The notes under the pieces are model-generated. The model made no database searches, was not told the DNA's origin, and worked only from the letters and a program-made list of their open reading frames with translations. Of a stretch of DNA of 64,000 nucleotides, positions 56,470 to 64,000 are shown in pieces. The position numbers and the translations under genes are program-made. The stretch is from Pseudomonadota bacterium (lineage in GTDB: Bacteria; Pseudomonadota; Alphaproteobacteria; Rickettsiales; SXRF01): the NCBI GenBank assembly GCA_038043465.1, contig JBBTBX010000011.1, positions 42,204 through 106,203 on the forward strand, read 5' to 3'. Each line of letters opens with the position of its first letter. Positions within the stretch are counted from its first letter, which is position 1.

Positions 56470-56751
56470 TCAATGATAATCAACTATTTCAACTTTCTCG
56501 ACCTCGCCGTCATTCCATACAAAACAAATGCGCCATTGGTCATTAACTCTGATACTCATTTGCCCTTTCCTTTTGCCAGATAATGATTCTAAGCGATTAG
56601 CCGGAAAACGCCTTAAATCTTCTAGTTCAAGTGCTGTATCCAGCAAACTTAGCTTTTTAAGCACCCTGTCCTGAATGTCGGCAGGGAATTTTTTAGATTT
56701 CTGCACATTCCAGATTTTTTCAGTTTCTTTACAAGCAAACGAGATAATCAT
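56470..56751 (-). CDS. higB: HigB-type toxin (plasmid maintenance system killer, RelE superfamily)
   Basis: 93 aa. FACKETEKIW...LEDLRRFPANRLESLSGKRKGQMSIRVNDQWRICFVW is typical of HigB. Confidence 0.85.
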   Translation of the reverse strand: MIISFACKETEKIWNVQKSKKFPADIQDRVLKKLSLLDTALELEDLRRFPANRLESLSGKRKGQMSIRVNDQWRICFVWNDGEVEKVEIVDYH

Positions 56752-56780
56752 TTTACACCTTTACTATATCATTGTACGCT

Positions 56781-57905
56781 TTACGTAACAAGTACATTTT
56801 TATCTATATTCACTGCCTTCAATAAATATCCATCTTTTGTTATTTCGACCTCAAATGTTCCAAAAAATGGAATATATGTAAGCTCTTTACTACCTTTATA
56901 TTCTGGAACAGAAACTTCGCTAGCAAATTTACCATTTGCCGTAATCAACTGTTTATTATTATCTTTTTTAATATTAAAGTTCCAAATAGATAGGGGTTCC
57001 ATATTAATTTTAGCTGACAATTTTTTTAATTTATCCAAAACGTGGGCATGTGATGGATTACTAATAATTTGGTCTTCAATAAATATAGTTATAACTTCCC
57101 TCAGGAGATTTTTTAATCCTGCTACAGGCTGTTCAATAAGCCTATCCCAGTTTTCAACACTGTCTTCATAATTTCCAGCCCAGAAATTTTCTATTTTATC
57201 AAGCAACTCTGTCTTAGCACGCTCATAATCAGACTTGAGGTCATCAGATAAAGAGCGGTTGTGCATAATACAATTACGAGTATTTTCAATTGGAGTTAGA
57301 ATTGCTTTAATAGAAAGCAAAAAATCCTTATGTGTTTCATTTTGAACGCCTCTATCCAAAATAATGTTTCTGAATTGTTCAAAAGTTTCTGTTTCTGTCA
57401 GTAAATTAGTAACATCTTGTTCGCTTAATTTCTTATTATCAAGCAGGTTGGTATAATGTGAAAAAAGCAGATAGAAGAATTCATTGCTATAATTATTACT
57501 ATGTTCATTAGCTCGCTTGTCAATGTATTTAGCCAGGGTCTTATCCTGGTATAGTGGCGTTATGTTTGTATATTGCAGCAAATTATGAGGGTTTTCTGGA
57601 AATCTATTCAGAAATATATAAGTTAGAACCTCACGCAAACTCATTTCTATAGTGAAGATTTCCTGATATATAGTTTCATGTTGTTTATATAAAATAGGGT
57701 CATAAAATTTTACAACAGCTTCAATTTGCTCTACCGCCTGCAATGCTTTCAATATGTCTGGAATTACAATTTTATTTTCACCAAAGTTTTCAGCAATTAG
57801 GCTTACACGAACAAGTATTTGTTTATTTGGCAACCAGTCACAACTTTCTAAATCTACCATATCGAGTAATTGTTCATTAGAAAGCTCTTCTATTGAACTA
57901 TACAC
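56781..57905 (-). CDS. Hypothetical protein with HEPN-like Rx4H motif (Swt1/Abi-like), candidate abortive-infection effector
   Basis: 374 aa with a GTG start. Helical region aa ~85-240 carries MSLREVLTYIF and TRNCIMHNR (R210-x4-H215, DNA 57261-57278), followed by a ~130-aa beta-rich C-terminal domain. No confident family match by eye. Confidence 0.45.
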   Translation of the reverse strand: MYSSIEELSNEQLLDMVDLESCDWLPNKQILVRVSLIAENFGENKIVIPDILKALQAVEQIEAVVKFYDPILYKQHETIYQEIFTIEMSLREVLTYIFLNRFPENPHNLLQYTNITPLYQDKTLAKYIDKRANEHSNNYSNEFFYLLFSHYTNLLDNKKLSEQDVTNLLTETETFEQFRNIILDRGVQNETHKDFLLSIKAILTPIENTRNCIMHNRSLSDDLKSDYERAKTELLDKIENFWAGNYEDSVENWDRLIEQPVAGLKNLLREVITIFIEDQIISNPSHAHVLDKLKKLSAKINMEPLSIWNFNIKKDNNKQLITANGKFASEVSVPEYKGSKELTYIPFFGTFEVEITKDGYLLKAVNIDKNVLVT

Positions 57906-58494
57906 CTGGCTGATGGTATCGTGAATTAGCCATTGCGAATTGTTCTTTTTTACTACTAAAATCTACTCCTGTAGATATAGGAAAACCACCCCTTTTACGC
58001 CATGTTCCAGACATATTGTCACGACAAGAAAAAGGCAAAGTGCTTTCAAAAACACTTTTATGATTTAGGAAAGCCCAGAAAGACTTGGCATAATTGCCTT
58101 TTAATGAATCAAAATTTTCTAAAAAATCTATGTTGCAATATCGGCTTTCATCCAAAAGAAGTTTTACTCCTGTATCATAAGAAAGGGCGAAAATATCCTG
58201 AAAGTCAGTATCTATATTTGCCCTTGCCTTATCTGGTAATTGCTGGATAGCATCAAACAAAGGTGCAATATTTGTTGGTCTTATTTCATTAAAATCAATG
58301 TCGCTTAATAATCCATCACGCTTAAAATACTCTGCCAACATATCGTTGGGTACTGCTCGTAAGAAGCCCTTGAGTGCATAGTGCCGCATAATACTACTTT
58401 CAATAAATACATCTTTCCAACCTCTAATGAGAACTAACGGCACTGCCTGCGCCAAGTACAATATATAGTATTTTTGCGGACTATTCAATACCAC
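57898..58494 (-). CDS. Hypothetical protein, upstream partner overlapping the HEPN-like ORF by 8 nt
   Basis: 198 aa from GTG 58494 (163 aa from ATG 58389). No recognisable domain. It could instead be the N-terminal part of a frameshifted single ~570-aa gene. Confidence 0.4.
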   Translation of the reverse strand: MVLNSPQKYYILYLAQAVPLVLIRGWKDVFIESSIMRHYALKGFLRAVPNDMLAEYFKRDGLLSDIDFNEIRPTNIAPLFDAIQQLPDKARANIDTDFQDIFALSYDTGVKLLLDESRYCNIDFLENFDSLKGNYAKSFWAFLNHKSVFESTLPFSCRDNMSGTWRKRGGFPISTGVDFSSKKEQFAMANSRYHQPGV

Positions 58495-58582
58495 ATCAGG
58501 TAATTTCTTATAGCAATCAATGACTATGTAAAGTTGTACACATATAAAACTCTCAACATTGATAAATGCAGCTATTTTTAGC

Positions 58583-58600
58583 GGTCGTGGGTTCGAATCC
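58583..58600 (+). repeat. tRNA-Pro T-arm-like 18-mer (candidate att remnant)
   Basis: GGTCGTGGGTTCGAATCC versus GGTCGTAGGTTCGAATCC at 53734-53751 (17/18). The downstream sequence cannot complete a T-stem or acceptor stem. A second shorter TGGGTTCGAA lies at 58686-58695. Confidence 0.6.
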
Positions 58601-58853
58601 GTACACAGGATTCATATTACAGTACTATGCCGCCTTTGAAAACTTGGGCATATAGCTTGATAGTTTGATAATTTCCGCATAATGTTGGGTTCGAAGTGTA
58701 TCAACTACTTTCGACCATATTCTTCAAGGTTCATACCGTGGACGCAGGTTACGCATTAAGGCATTTGGACGTATGCCCTCACCCCCAAATACACCTGACT
58801 AACGAATATCATTTAACAAAACTGAAATAGCAATTTGCCACCAGCGTTTTTGC

Positions 58854-60302
58854 ATGGTAAAAATAGGAATGCCTTCCAGTAGACATTCTAACTCGTTCAG
58901 TACTGTCCTCAAGACAATTATGGTGGTTTCCGGACCTACCTTGGTCTTGCTTTCATTATATGTTCTGCTCGGAGAGCTTGATTTCAGCTACTTTATATAT
59001 GGCTATGTAGCTGTTATGGTTACATCGGCAATATTTGTTATACCTTTTCTCTCCAATATTTCAGCTCTCACGGAATATGTAAATGATCTCGCGCAGGACA
59101 AACGTGTTTCCGCGCCTGATTTGAGTTTTCTCAGTAATGTCGGGCAACTTTCTGGCGCACTGGGCAGGTTACAGAGCTCCTGGGAAGACAAGCGTCATGA
59201 GATGGAAACTGTTATCACCGAGCGTGAAATTCTGGTGGATACACTGCCGGACATTCTGATCATGACCAATGATGACAAAGACATTGTCCGCACCAATCGC
59301 GCAGCACGCAACATTTTCGGGCAGAATCTGGCGCATAGGCCGCTGCGTGACATTATTCCTAATGACAAATTGCTGAATTCCATAACCACTGTGGTTGAAG
59401 ACCTGCACGGGCAAGAGATTGAATTTCACCTGCCGGAGCCATTGCCGCGTGATTTTCAGGCGATTATAGAGCGTTTCCCGATTCCATCAGAAGGCGGCAT
59501 AACAATTATCATTACCATGACCGATATTACCCAACAGAAGCGCGTACAGCGGATGCGGGCGGATTTCGTGGCCAATGCCAGCCATGAAATACGTACGCCG
59601 CTTGCCAGCATTATTGGCTTTATCGAAACTCTGCGTGGTCCTGCTAAGGATGACGCAAAAGCCCGCGACGAATTCCTGCGGGTTATGGGTGATCAGGCGG
59701 AGAGAATGTCCAAGCTCGTGAATGATTTGCTGTCACTCTCAAAAATCGAAATGAACGCGCACAGCACACCGATTTCCAGAGTTGATTTCCTGAAGATTGT
59801 ACGTACGGAAAAACAGCATTTTGAATGGGCATGCAAACAGAAAAATATAACGCTGAAAGTCAAAGTAAATGATAATCTCCCGGCGACTAAGGGCGATGAT
59901 GATGAGCTGGCGCAGGTAGTGCGCAATCTGCTTGGCAATGCTATAAAATACAGTAATCCGGATACTGAAATTGTAGTGACGGTAAAACTAACTTCCAATA
60001 TGCCGGATGACCCGAACTTCCGCAATCTGAAACGGGCGATTTGTTTTTCGGTGCAGGATCATGGCGAAGGTATCGCGAAAGAGCATATCCCACGCCTCAC
60101 CGAGCGTTTTTACCGGGTGGATACGGCGCGAACCAGAACAGTCGGCGGCACAGGTCTTGGTCTTGCCATAGTAAAGCACGTGCTGAACCGCCATCACGGC
60201 GCACTGGTTATTGAAAGCAATATTGGCGAGGGTAGCACTTTCTCAGTTTATCTGCCGGTATATGAAGATATTACCCAGATACAATTTGAGAAAAAAGAAT
60301 GA
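58854..60302 (+). CDS. phoR: Phosphate regulon sensor histidine kinase
   Basis: 482 aa with two N-terminal TM helices, a PAS-like region, the HisKA box FVANASHEIRTPL and HATPase motifs (GTGLGLAIVKH). pstAB lie nearby. Confidence 0.85.
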   Translation: MVKIGMPSSRHSNSFSTVLKTIMVVSGPTLVLLSLYVLLGELDFSYFIYGYVAVMVTSAIFVIPFLSNISALTEYVNDLAQDKRVSAPDLSFLSNVGQLSGALGRLQSSWEDKRHEMETVITEREILVDTLPDILIMTNDDKDIVRTNRAARNIFGQNLAHRPLRDIIPNDKLLNSITTVVEDLHGQEIEFHLPEPLPRDFQAIIERFPIPSEGGITIIITMTDITQQKRVQRMRADFVANASHEIRTPLASIIGFIETLRGPAKDDAKARDEFLRVMGDQAERMSKLVNDLLSLSKIEMNAHSTPISRVDFLKIVRTEKQHFEWACKQKNITLKVKVNDNLPATKGDDDELAQVVRNLLGNAIKYSNPDTEIVVTVKLTSNMPDDPNFRNLKRAICFSVQDHGEGIAKEHIPRLTERFYRVDTARTRTVGGTGLGLAIVKHVLNRHHGALVIESNIGEGSTFSVYLPVYEDITQIQFEKKE

Positions 60303-60451
60303 TGATTCACACTTAACGCTATCCCGATTTGCCAGCCCCAAATAAATTACTGTTAATTCTTTATTATTTAGTATTATTTACTTGCAGTAACAACATAGTT
60401 AGTTTAACAGAGCAATGGCAATTAACTAATGTTTAATAAGAATATTTATAA

Positions 60452-61216
60452 ATGACGCGCTATAAACTAACTATTGAATATGATGGAAGACCATATGCCG
60501 GATGGCAGCGGCAATCAGACCAACCAACTGTACAGGAAGCATTAATTAACGCAATTTTTCTTTTTTCAGGAAAAAAAGTCGATGTTATCGGTGCCGGAAG
60601 AACAGATGCAGGTGTACATGCATCCGGTCAGGTCGCACATATTGATCTTGATATGGAAACTGACAGTTATAGAGTTATGCAAGGCATAAATTATTATCTA
60701 TTCAATCCACCGCCTGATTCTACCTATCCTGAAAACCGCATAGCTGTTTTAGATAGCGAGTGCGTGATTGATGAATTCAACGCCCGCTTTTCAGCTATAA
60801 GGCGGCATTATATATACCGTATAATTAACCGCAGGGCGCGTCTGGGGCTGGATGCTGGAAAGGCATGGCATGTAATTGAAGAATTAGATGAAAAAGCGAT
60901 GCAGGATGCTGCGAATATACTCATAGGTCATCATGATTTCAGCACTTTCCGTGATACTCGCTGCCAGTCAAAATCACCGGAAAAGACGCTGGAAAAACTT
61001 AATATCACTCGCCGTGGCACCGAAATACACATAGTCGCTTCCGCACCATCCTTCCTTCACCACCAGATACGTAACATGGTGGGAACTCTGAGCTTGGTTG
61101 GCAAAGAAAAATGGGGAGTGGAGAATGTAAAAGAGGCTCTGGAAGCAAAGGATCGCCGCGCTGGTGGCCCCACCGCCCCACCGGACGGGTTATATTTCAC
61201 CGGCGTGGATTATTAA
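60452..61216 (+). CDS. truA: tRNA pseudouridine(38-40) synthase
   Basis: 254 aa. YDGRPYAGWQRQ and GAGRTDAGVHA are typical of TruA. Confidence 0.9.
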   Translation: MTRYKLTIEYDGRPYAGWQRQSDQPTVQEALINAIFLFSGKKVDVIGAGRTDAGVHASGQVAHIDLDMETDSYRVMQGINYYLFNPPPDSTYPENRIAVLDSECVIDEFNARFSAIRRHYIYRIINRRARLGLDAGKAWHVIEELDEKAMQDAANILIGHHDFSTFRDTRCQSKSPEKTLEKLNITRRGTEIHIVASAPSFLHHQIRNMVGTLSLVGKEKWGVENVKEALEAKDRRAGGPTAPPDGLYFTGVDY

Positions 61217-61219
61217 AAA

Positions 61220-61251
61220 TAGTGATTAGTGACTGGTGGCTAGTGACTAGC
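61220..61251. repeat. Heptamer tract H7 just after the truA stop
   Basis: TAGTGAT TAGTGAC TGGTGGC TAGTGAC TAGC, starting 4 nt after the truA TAA. It contains overlapping TAG/TGA stops in all frames. Confidence 0.7.
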
Positions 61252-61262
61252 AAAACACTGTC

Positions 61263-61282
61263 ATACCAGCGCAGGCTGGTAT
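61263..61282 (-). terminator. Hairpin terminator candidate between convergent truA and pstB
   Basis: ATACCAGC-GCAG-GCTGGTAT (8-bp stem). On the minus strand it is followed by GACAGTGTTTTGC. It is flanked by TCAT...ATCC, like the half-units of the palindromic elements. Confidence 0.5.
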
Positions 61283-61364
61283 CCATGCTTAACCATAAGC
61301 GATGTAATTAATGTTCAGTTAGCTTACGCTCTTTGGCAGAATAACATCACACTCTGAACTCCTA

Positions 61365-62123
61365 TCAACCATACCTTCCGGTAATATAATCCTGCGTCTG
61401 CTGATGTTCCGGCGAAGTGAATATTTTGCTGGTTGCGCCGGATTCCACAATCTTTCCCATATGGAAGAAGCAGGTTTTCTTGGAAACTCGCGCTGCCTGC
61501 TGCATTGAATGGGTAACAATCACAATGGTGAAATGTTCTTTAAGCTCGTCAATCAACTCTTCAATTCTCGCAGTGGCAATCGGGTCAAGGGCGGAGCAAG
61601 GCTCATCCATCAATATTATTTCCGGATTAACGGCAATAGTACGTGCTATACAAAGTCTCTGCTGCTGCCCGCCGGAAAGACTTGTTCCCGAATCATGCAG
61701 CCGATCTTTCACTTCCTCAAAAAGTCCGGCACGACGCAGGCTATTTTCCACCAGCGCGTCAAGCTCACCTTTATTCTTTGTCATATTATGGATGCGTGGG
61801 CCATACGCCACATTATCATAAATGGATTTTGGAAAAGGGTTAGGTTTTTGAAAAACCATGCCAACCCATGAGCGCAGCTGCACCACATCCTGCTCACGCG
61901 AGTTTATATCACGCTCTTCCACCATTATTTCGCCTTCAACCCGACAACCGTCAATAGTGTCATTCATCCGGTTAATGCAGCGCAGGAAGGTCGATTTACC
62001 ACAGCCGGACGGGCCAATCAACGCGGTCACGCTATTTGCCGGCATATCAATATTAATGCCAAACAACGCCTGCTTCGCACCGTAAAATACATTGAGATCT
62101 TTTGTTCTTATCTTGCTTGTCAT
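61365..62123 (-). CDS. pstB: Phosphate ABC transporter ATP-binding protein
   Basis: Walker [10 protein letters not shown], signature LSGGQQQRL and Walker B ILMDEP. Start is at MTSKIRT (ATG 62121-62123). Confidence 0.95.
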   Translation of the reverse strand: MTSKIRTKDLNVFYGAKQALFGINIDMPANSVTALIGPSGCGKSTFLRCINRMNDTIDGCRVEGEIMVEERDINSREQDVVQLRSWVGMVFQKPNPFPKSIYDNVAYGPRIHNMTKNKGELDALVENSLRRAGLFEEVKDRLHDSGTSLSGGQQQRLCIARTIAVNPEIILMDEPCSALDPIATARIEELIDELKEHFTIVIVTHSMQQAARVSKKTCFFHMGKIVESGATSKIFTSPEHQQTQDYITGRYG

Positions 62124-62127
62124 ATTC

Positions 62128-63396
62128 CTACCACCGCACCTCAAATTTCTTCCGAAGTATAATTGCCAGCATATTCATGGCGATAAGTAGCACGAGTAAA
62201 ACCAAAATACCAGCGGCGGTTTTTTCGGCAAATCCCGCTTCCGGACTTCCCGCCCACAGGTAAATCTGCACGGGCATAACTGTTGCTGGCGAGGTAAAAC
62301 CGGAAGGAATATCGGCAATAAACGCCACCATCCCAATCATCAACAACGGCGCGGTTTCGCCAATGGCGCGTGCCATCCCTAAAATAGTTCCGGTCATAAT
62401 CCCCGGCATGGCAAGCGGCAGAGTATGATGCCACACCATCTGAATCGGCGTTGCACCAAGCGCGCGGGCAGCATCACGTATCGAACCAGGAATAGCCTTC
62501 AAAGACGTACGGGTGGTAATTATAATCACCGGTAGAATCATAAGAGCCAATGTCATCCCGCCAACCAGCGAAGCACTGCGTGGTAATCCCATAGTATTTA
62601 TGTATATCACCAGCCCCAGAAGCCCGAACACAATGGAAGGAACAGCAGCCAGATTGTTGATATTAATCTCAATAAAATCCACCAACCGGTTTTTCTTAGC
62701 AAATTCTTCAAGGAATACAGCAGTCGCCACACCAAACGGAAAAACCACCAACAGGCAGATAATAAGCGTAAAAAATGAACCAACCATAGCACCAAGAAAA
62801 CCTGCGCTTTCCGGATTGCGTGAATCACCTTTTGAAAAGAAACCGCTATTAAAAACCTTCCTGATTACTTTATCTTCATTCAAAGCTTTTAACCAACGAA
62901 TTTGATTATCATTAAGATTTCTATCACCTTCCGGAGTATTTTCAGAAATCCCACCCTTAAAAAACAAGTCGGCACTGCTGGAAAGAGGCAGCCATATTTC
63001 CTTTTTTACTTCTTTATCAAACAAAGAATTATCCGCATCCACCATCTTTTTTAACTCAAGGCTGGCGTTATTCGCAAGCAATGCATACAAATCTTTCAAA
63101 TCATCTTTTGTATTAACATCAACAAATATATTCTTTAAAGCGAACCGTACCAATGGCATATAGCGGGAAGGAGTAAGCTCATCAATCTTCTCATCTTCCT
63201 TTAAACCTATATCAGATTTATTAAAAGTTACCGGTATTCTTACCTGATACTTAATAAAACCGGATGCTCCACTCTGCACAAGGCTGCCTATCAGCAAAAA
63301 CAGCATGAACACCGCCACAATAAGCGCGGCAAGTCCATAACACCGGAAACGCGCCTCACGACGCAAACGCTTTTTATGCCATGCCTCTTTATTCAT
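62128..63396 (-). CDS. pstA: Phosphate ABC transporter permease PstA (long form)
   Basis: 422 aa with an N-terminal TM helix plus a large loop, then the permease core containing the EAA-like region ([13 protein letters not shown]). Confidence 0.9.
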   Translation of the reverse strand: MNKEAWHKKRLRREARFRCYGLAALIVAVFMLFLLIGSLVQSGASGFIKYQVRIPVTFNKSDIGLKEDEKIDELTPSRYMPLVRFALKNIFVDVNTKDDLKDLYALLANNASLELKKMVDADNSLFDKEVKKEIWLPLSSSADLFFKGGISENTPEGDRNLNDNQIRWLKALNEDKVIRKVFNSGFFSKGDSRNPESAGFLGAMVGSFFTLIICLLVVFPFGVATAVFLEEFAKKNRLVDFIEININNLAAVPSIVFGLLGLVIYINTMGLPRSASLVGGMTLALMILPVIIITTRTSLKAIPGSIRDAARALGATPIQMVWHHTLPLAMPGIMTGTILGMARAIGETAPLLMIGMVAFIADIPSGFTSPATVMPVQIYLWAGSPEAGFAEKTAAGILVLLVLLIAMNMLAIILRKKFEVRW

Positions 63397-63746
63397 CTTA
63401 CACCGGGTTTTTCATTAGAGATTGCAGAGACTATAAATGGCTGGATATTTATTATTTCATCATGAAGCCGTTGTTTCGCATGCCATAAATCATAACCTCG
63501 TTGTTTGTTCAGCCATAGCTCAGCGGAAGTCGAAAATGCCATCCCCAAACGAACCGCCATTTCCGCAGTAATAGAGGTGTGTCCGTTAATCAACCGCGAA
63601 ACAGATTTACGTTCTACACCCATACGTTCAGATACTTCCTTTATAGTAAGACCAAGCGGTTCAATATATAAAGTCAGTAAAGATTCACCAGGATGTGGAG
63701 GGTTATACATTTCCCCATCGGTATCAATATCATTTTTCTTTTTCAT
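63393..63746 (-). CDS. higA: HigA family antitoxin (XRE-type HTH)
   Basis: HPGESLLTLYIEPLGLTIKEVSERMGVERKSVSRLINGHTSITAEMAVRLGMAF. Its stop overlaps the pstA ATG (ATGA). Confidence 0.8.
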   Translation of the reverse strand: MKKKNDIDTDGEMYNPPHPGESLLTLYIEPLGLTIKEVSERMGVERKSVSRLINGHTSITAEMAVRLGMAFSTSAELWLNKQRGYDLWHAKQRLHDEIINIQPFIVSAISNEKPGVR

Positions 63747-63756
63747 AATTCACTCC

Positions 63757-64000
63757 TCAGTGGTAATCTACATAGTCCACTATACTTACATTTGCATTTT
63801 CAAATTTAAAAGTTATCCGCCAATTTCCATTCACTTTCAATGCCCACAATCCTTTTTTGCTACCTTTCAACTGGTGTAATCCGGAATTAGGAAAATTTAT
63901 ATCTCCAATATTTGTAGCAGTGTTTAGATGTTCCAATATAATCCTTAATTTTGCAGAATGCTTCACTTGGATACCAGATTTTGAACCAGTCTTAAAAAAT
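63757..64000 (-). CDS. higB: HigB-type toxin (killer protein), 5' end beyond window
   Basis: The in-frame upstream extension reads ...FFKTGSKSGIQVKHSAKLRIILEHLN...GLHQLKGSKKGLWALKVNGNWRITFKFE, the conserved HigB pattern. The ORF-track GTG start is therefore probably internal. Confidence 0.75.
   Translation of the reverse strand, partial: FFKTGSKSGIQVKHSAKLRIILEHLNTATNIGDINFPNSGLHQLKGSKKGLWALKVNGNWRITFKFENANVSIVDYVDYH

Noticed and set aside
58583-58620. Possible second tRNA gene suggested by GGTCGTGGGTTCGAATCC
   Set aside because: The sequence after the T-loop (GTACACAGGATTCA) cannot pair to form a T-stem or acceptor stem, and no upstream D or anticodon arm exists. It is kept only as an att-like remnant.
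58601-58853. 250-bp non-coding stretch between the island and phoR as a possible sRNA or pseudogene
   Set aside because: Only weak imperfect hairpins are present (e.g. TCGAAGT...ACTTTCGA), and I could see no ORF remnant or conserved RNA motif. There is not enough evidence for a call.

Overview
This is a 64-kb chromosomal window from an AT-rich alphaproteobacterium. The alphaproteobacterial call rests on the divK-pleD operon, argS-SPOR-nagZ synteny, serC-serA and a long-form PstA. Several traits recall intracellular Rickettsiales/Holosporales-type lineages: an orphan virB8-virB9 pair, palindromic elements inserted in-frame in genes, and a bioF-bioH-bioC-bioD gene order. No species call is attempted, and no rRNA or CRISPR array is seen. 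Most of the window is tightly packed housekeeping: argS, gltX, thrS, infC, def-fmt, ssb, sdhA, serA/serC, nadA, gpsA, ispB, dapA, smpB, uvrD, comEC, truA and phoR/pstAB.

The accessory content is as follows.
1. A ~4.9-kb island sits at tRNA-Pro(UGG). It carries a large serine recombinase whose stop codon lies inside the tRNA, a GIY-YIG/DUF4357 nuclease, HigBA, and an uncharacterised overlapping two-gene module. One of those two proteins has an Rx4H HEPN-type motif, making the module the best candidate for a novel defence or abortive-infection system.
2. A 2.3-kb three-gene phospholipid cassette is bracketed by exact 55-bp direct repeats that duplicate the dapA 5' end.
3. A five-gene operon of very small proteins includes four paralogs sharing two motifs. 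It is preceded by a perfect palindrome.
4. Two tandem paralogs have a bilobed glycine-rich hydrophobic domain.
5. Six type II toxin-antitoxin modules are present, and several are translationally coupled to core genes.
6. Seven copies of an 70-104 bp nested palindromic element occur. Two are read in-frame inside uvrD and comEC, and an unrelated GC-rich hairpin lies inside bioF.
7. Heptamer-periodic, stop-codon-rich tracts abut ORF boundaries.

All calls come from reading the translations and DNA by eye. No database search or numeric computation was run.
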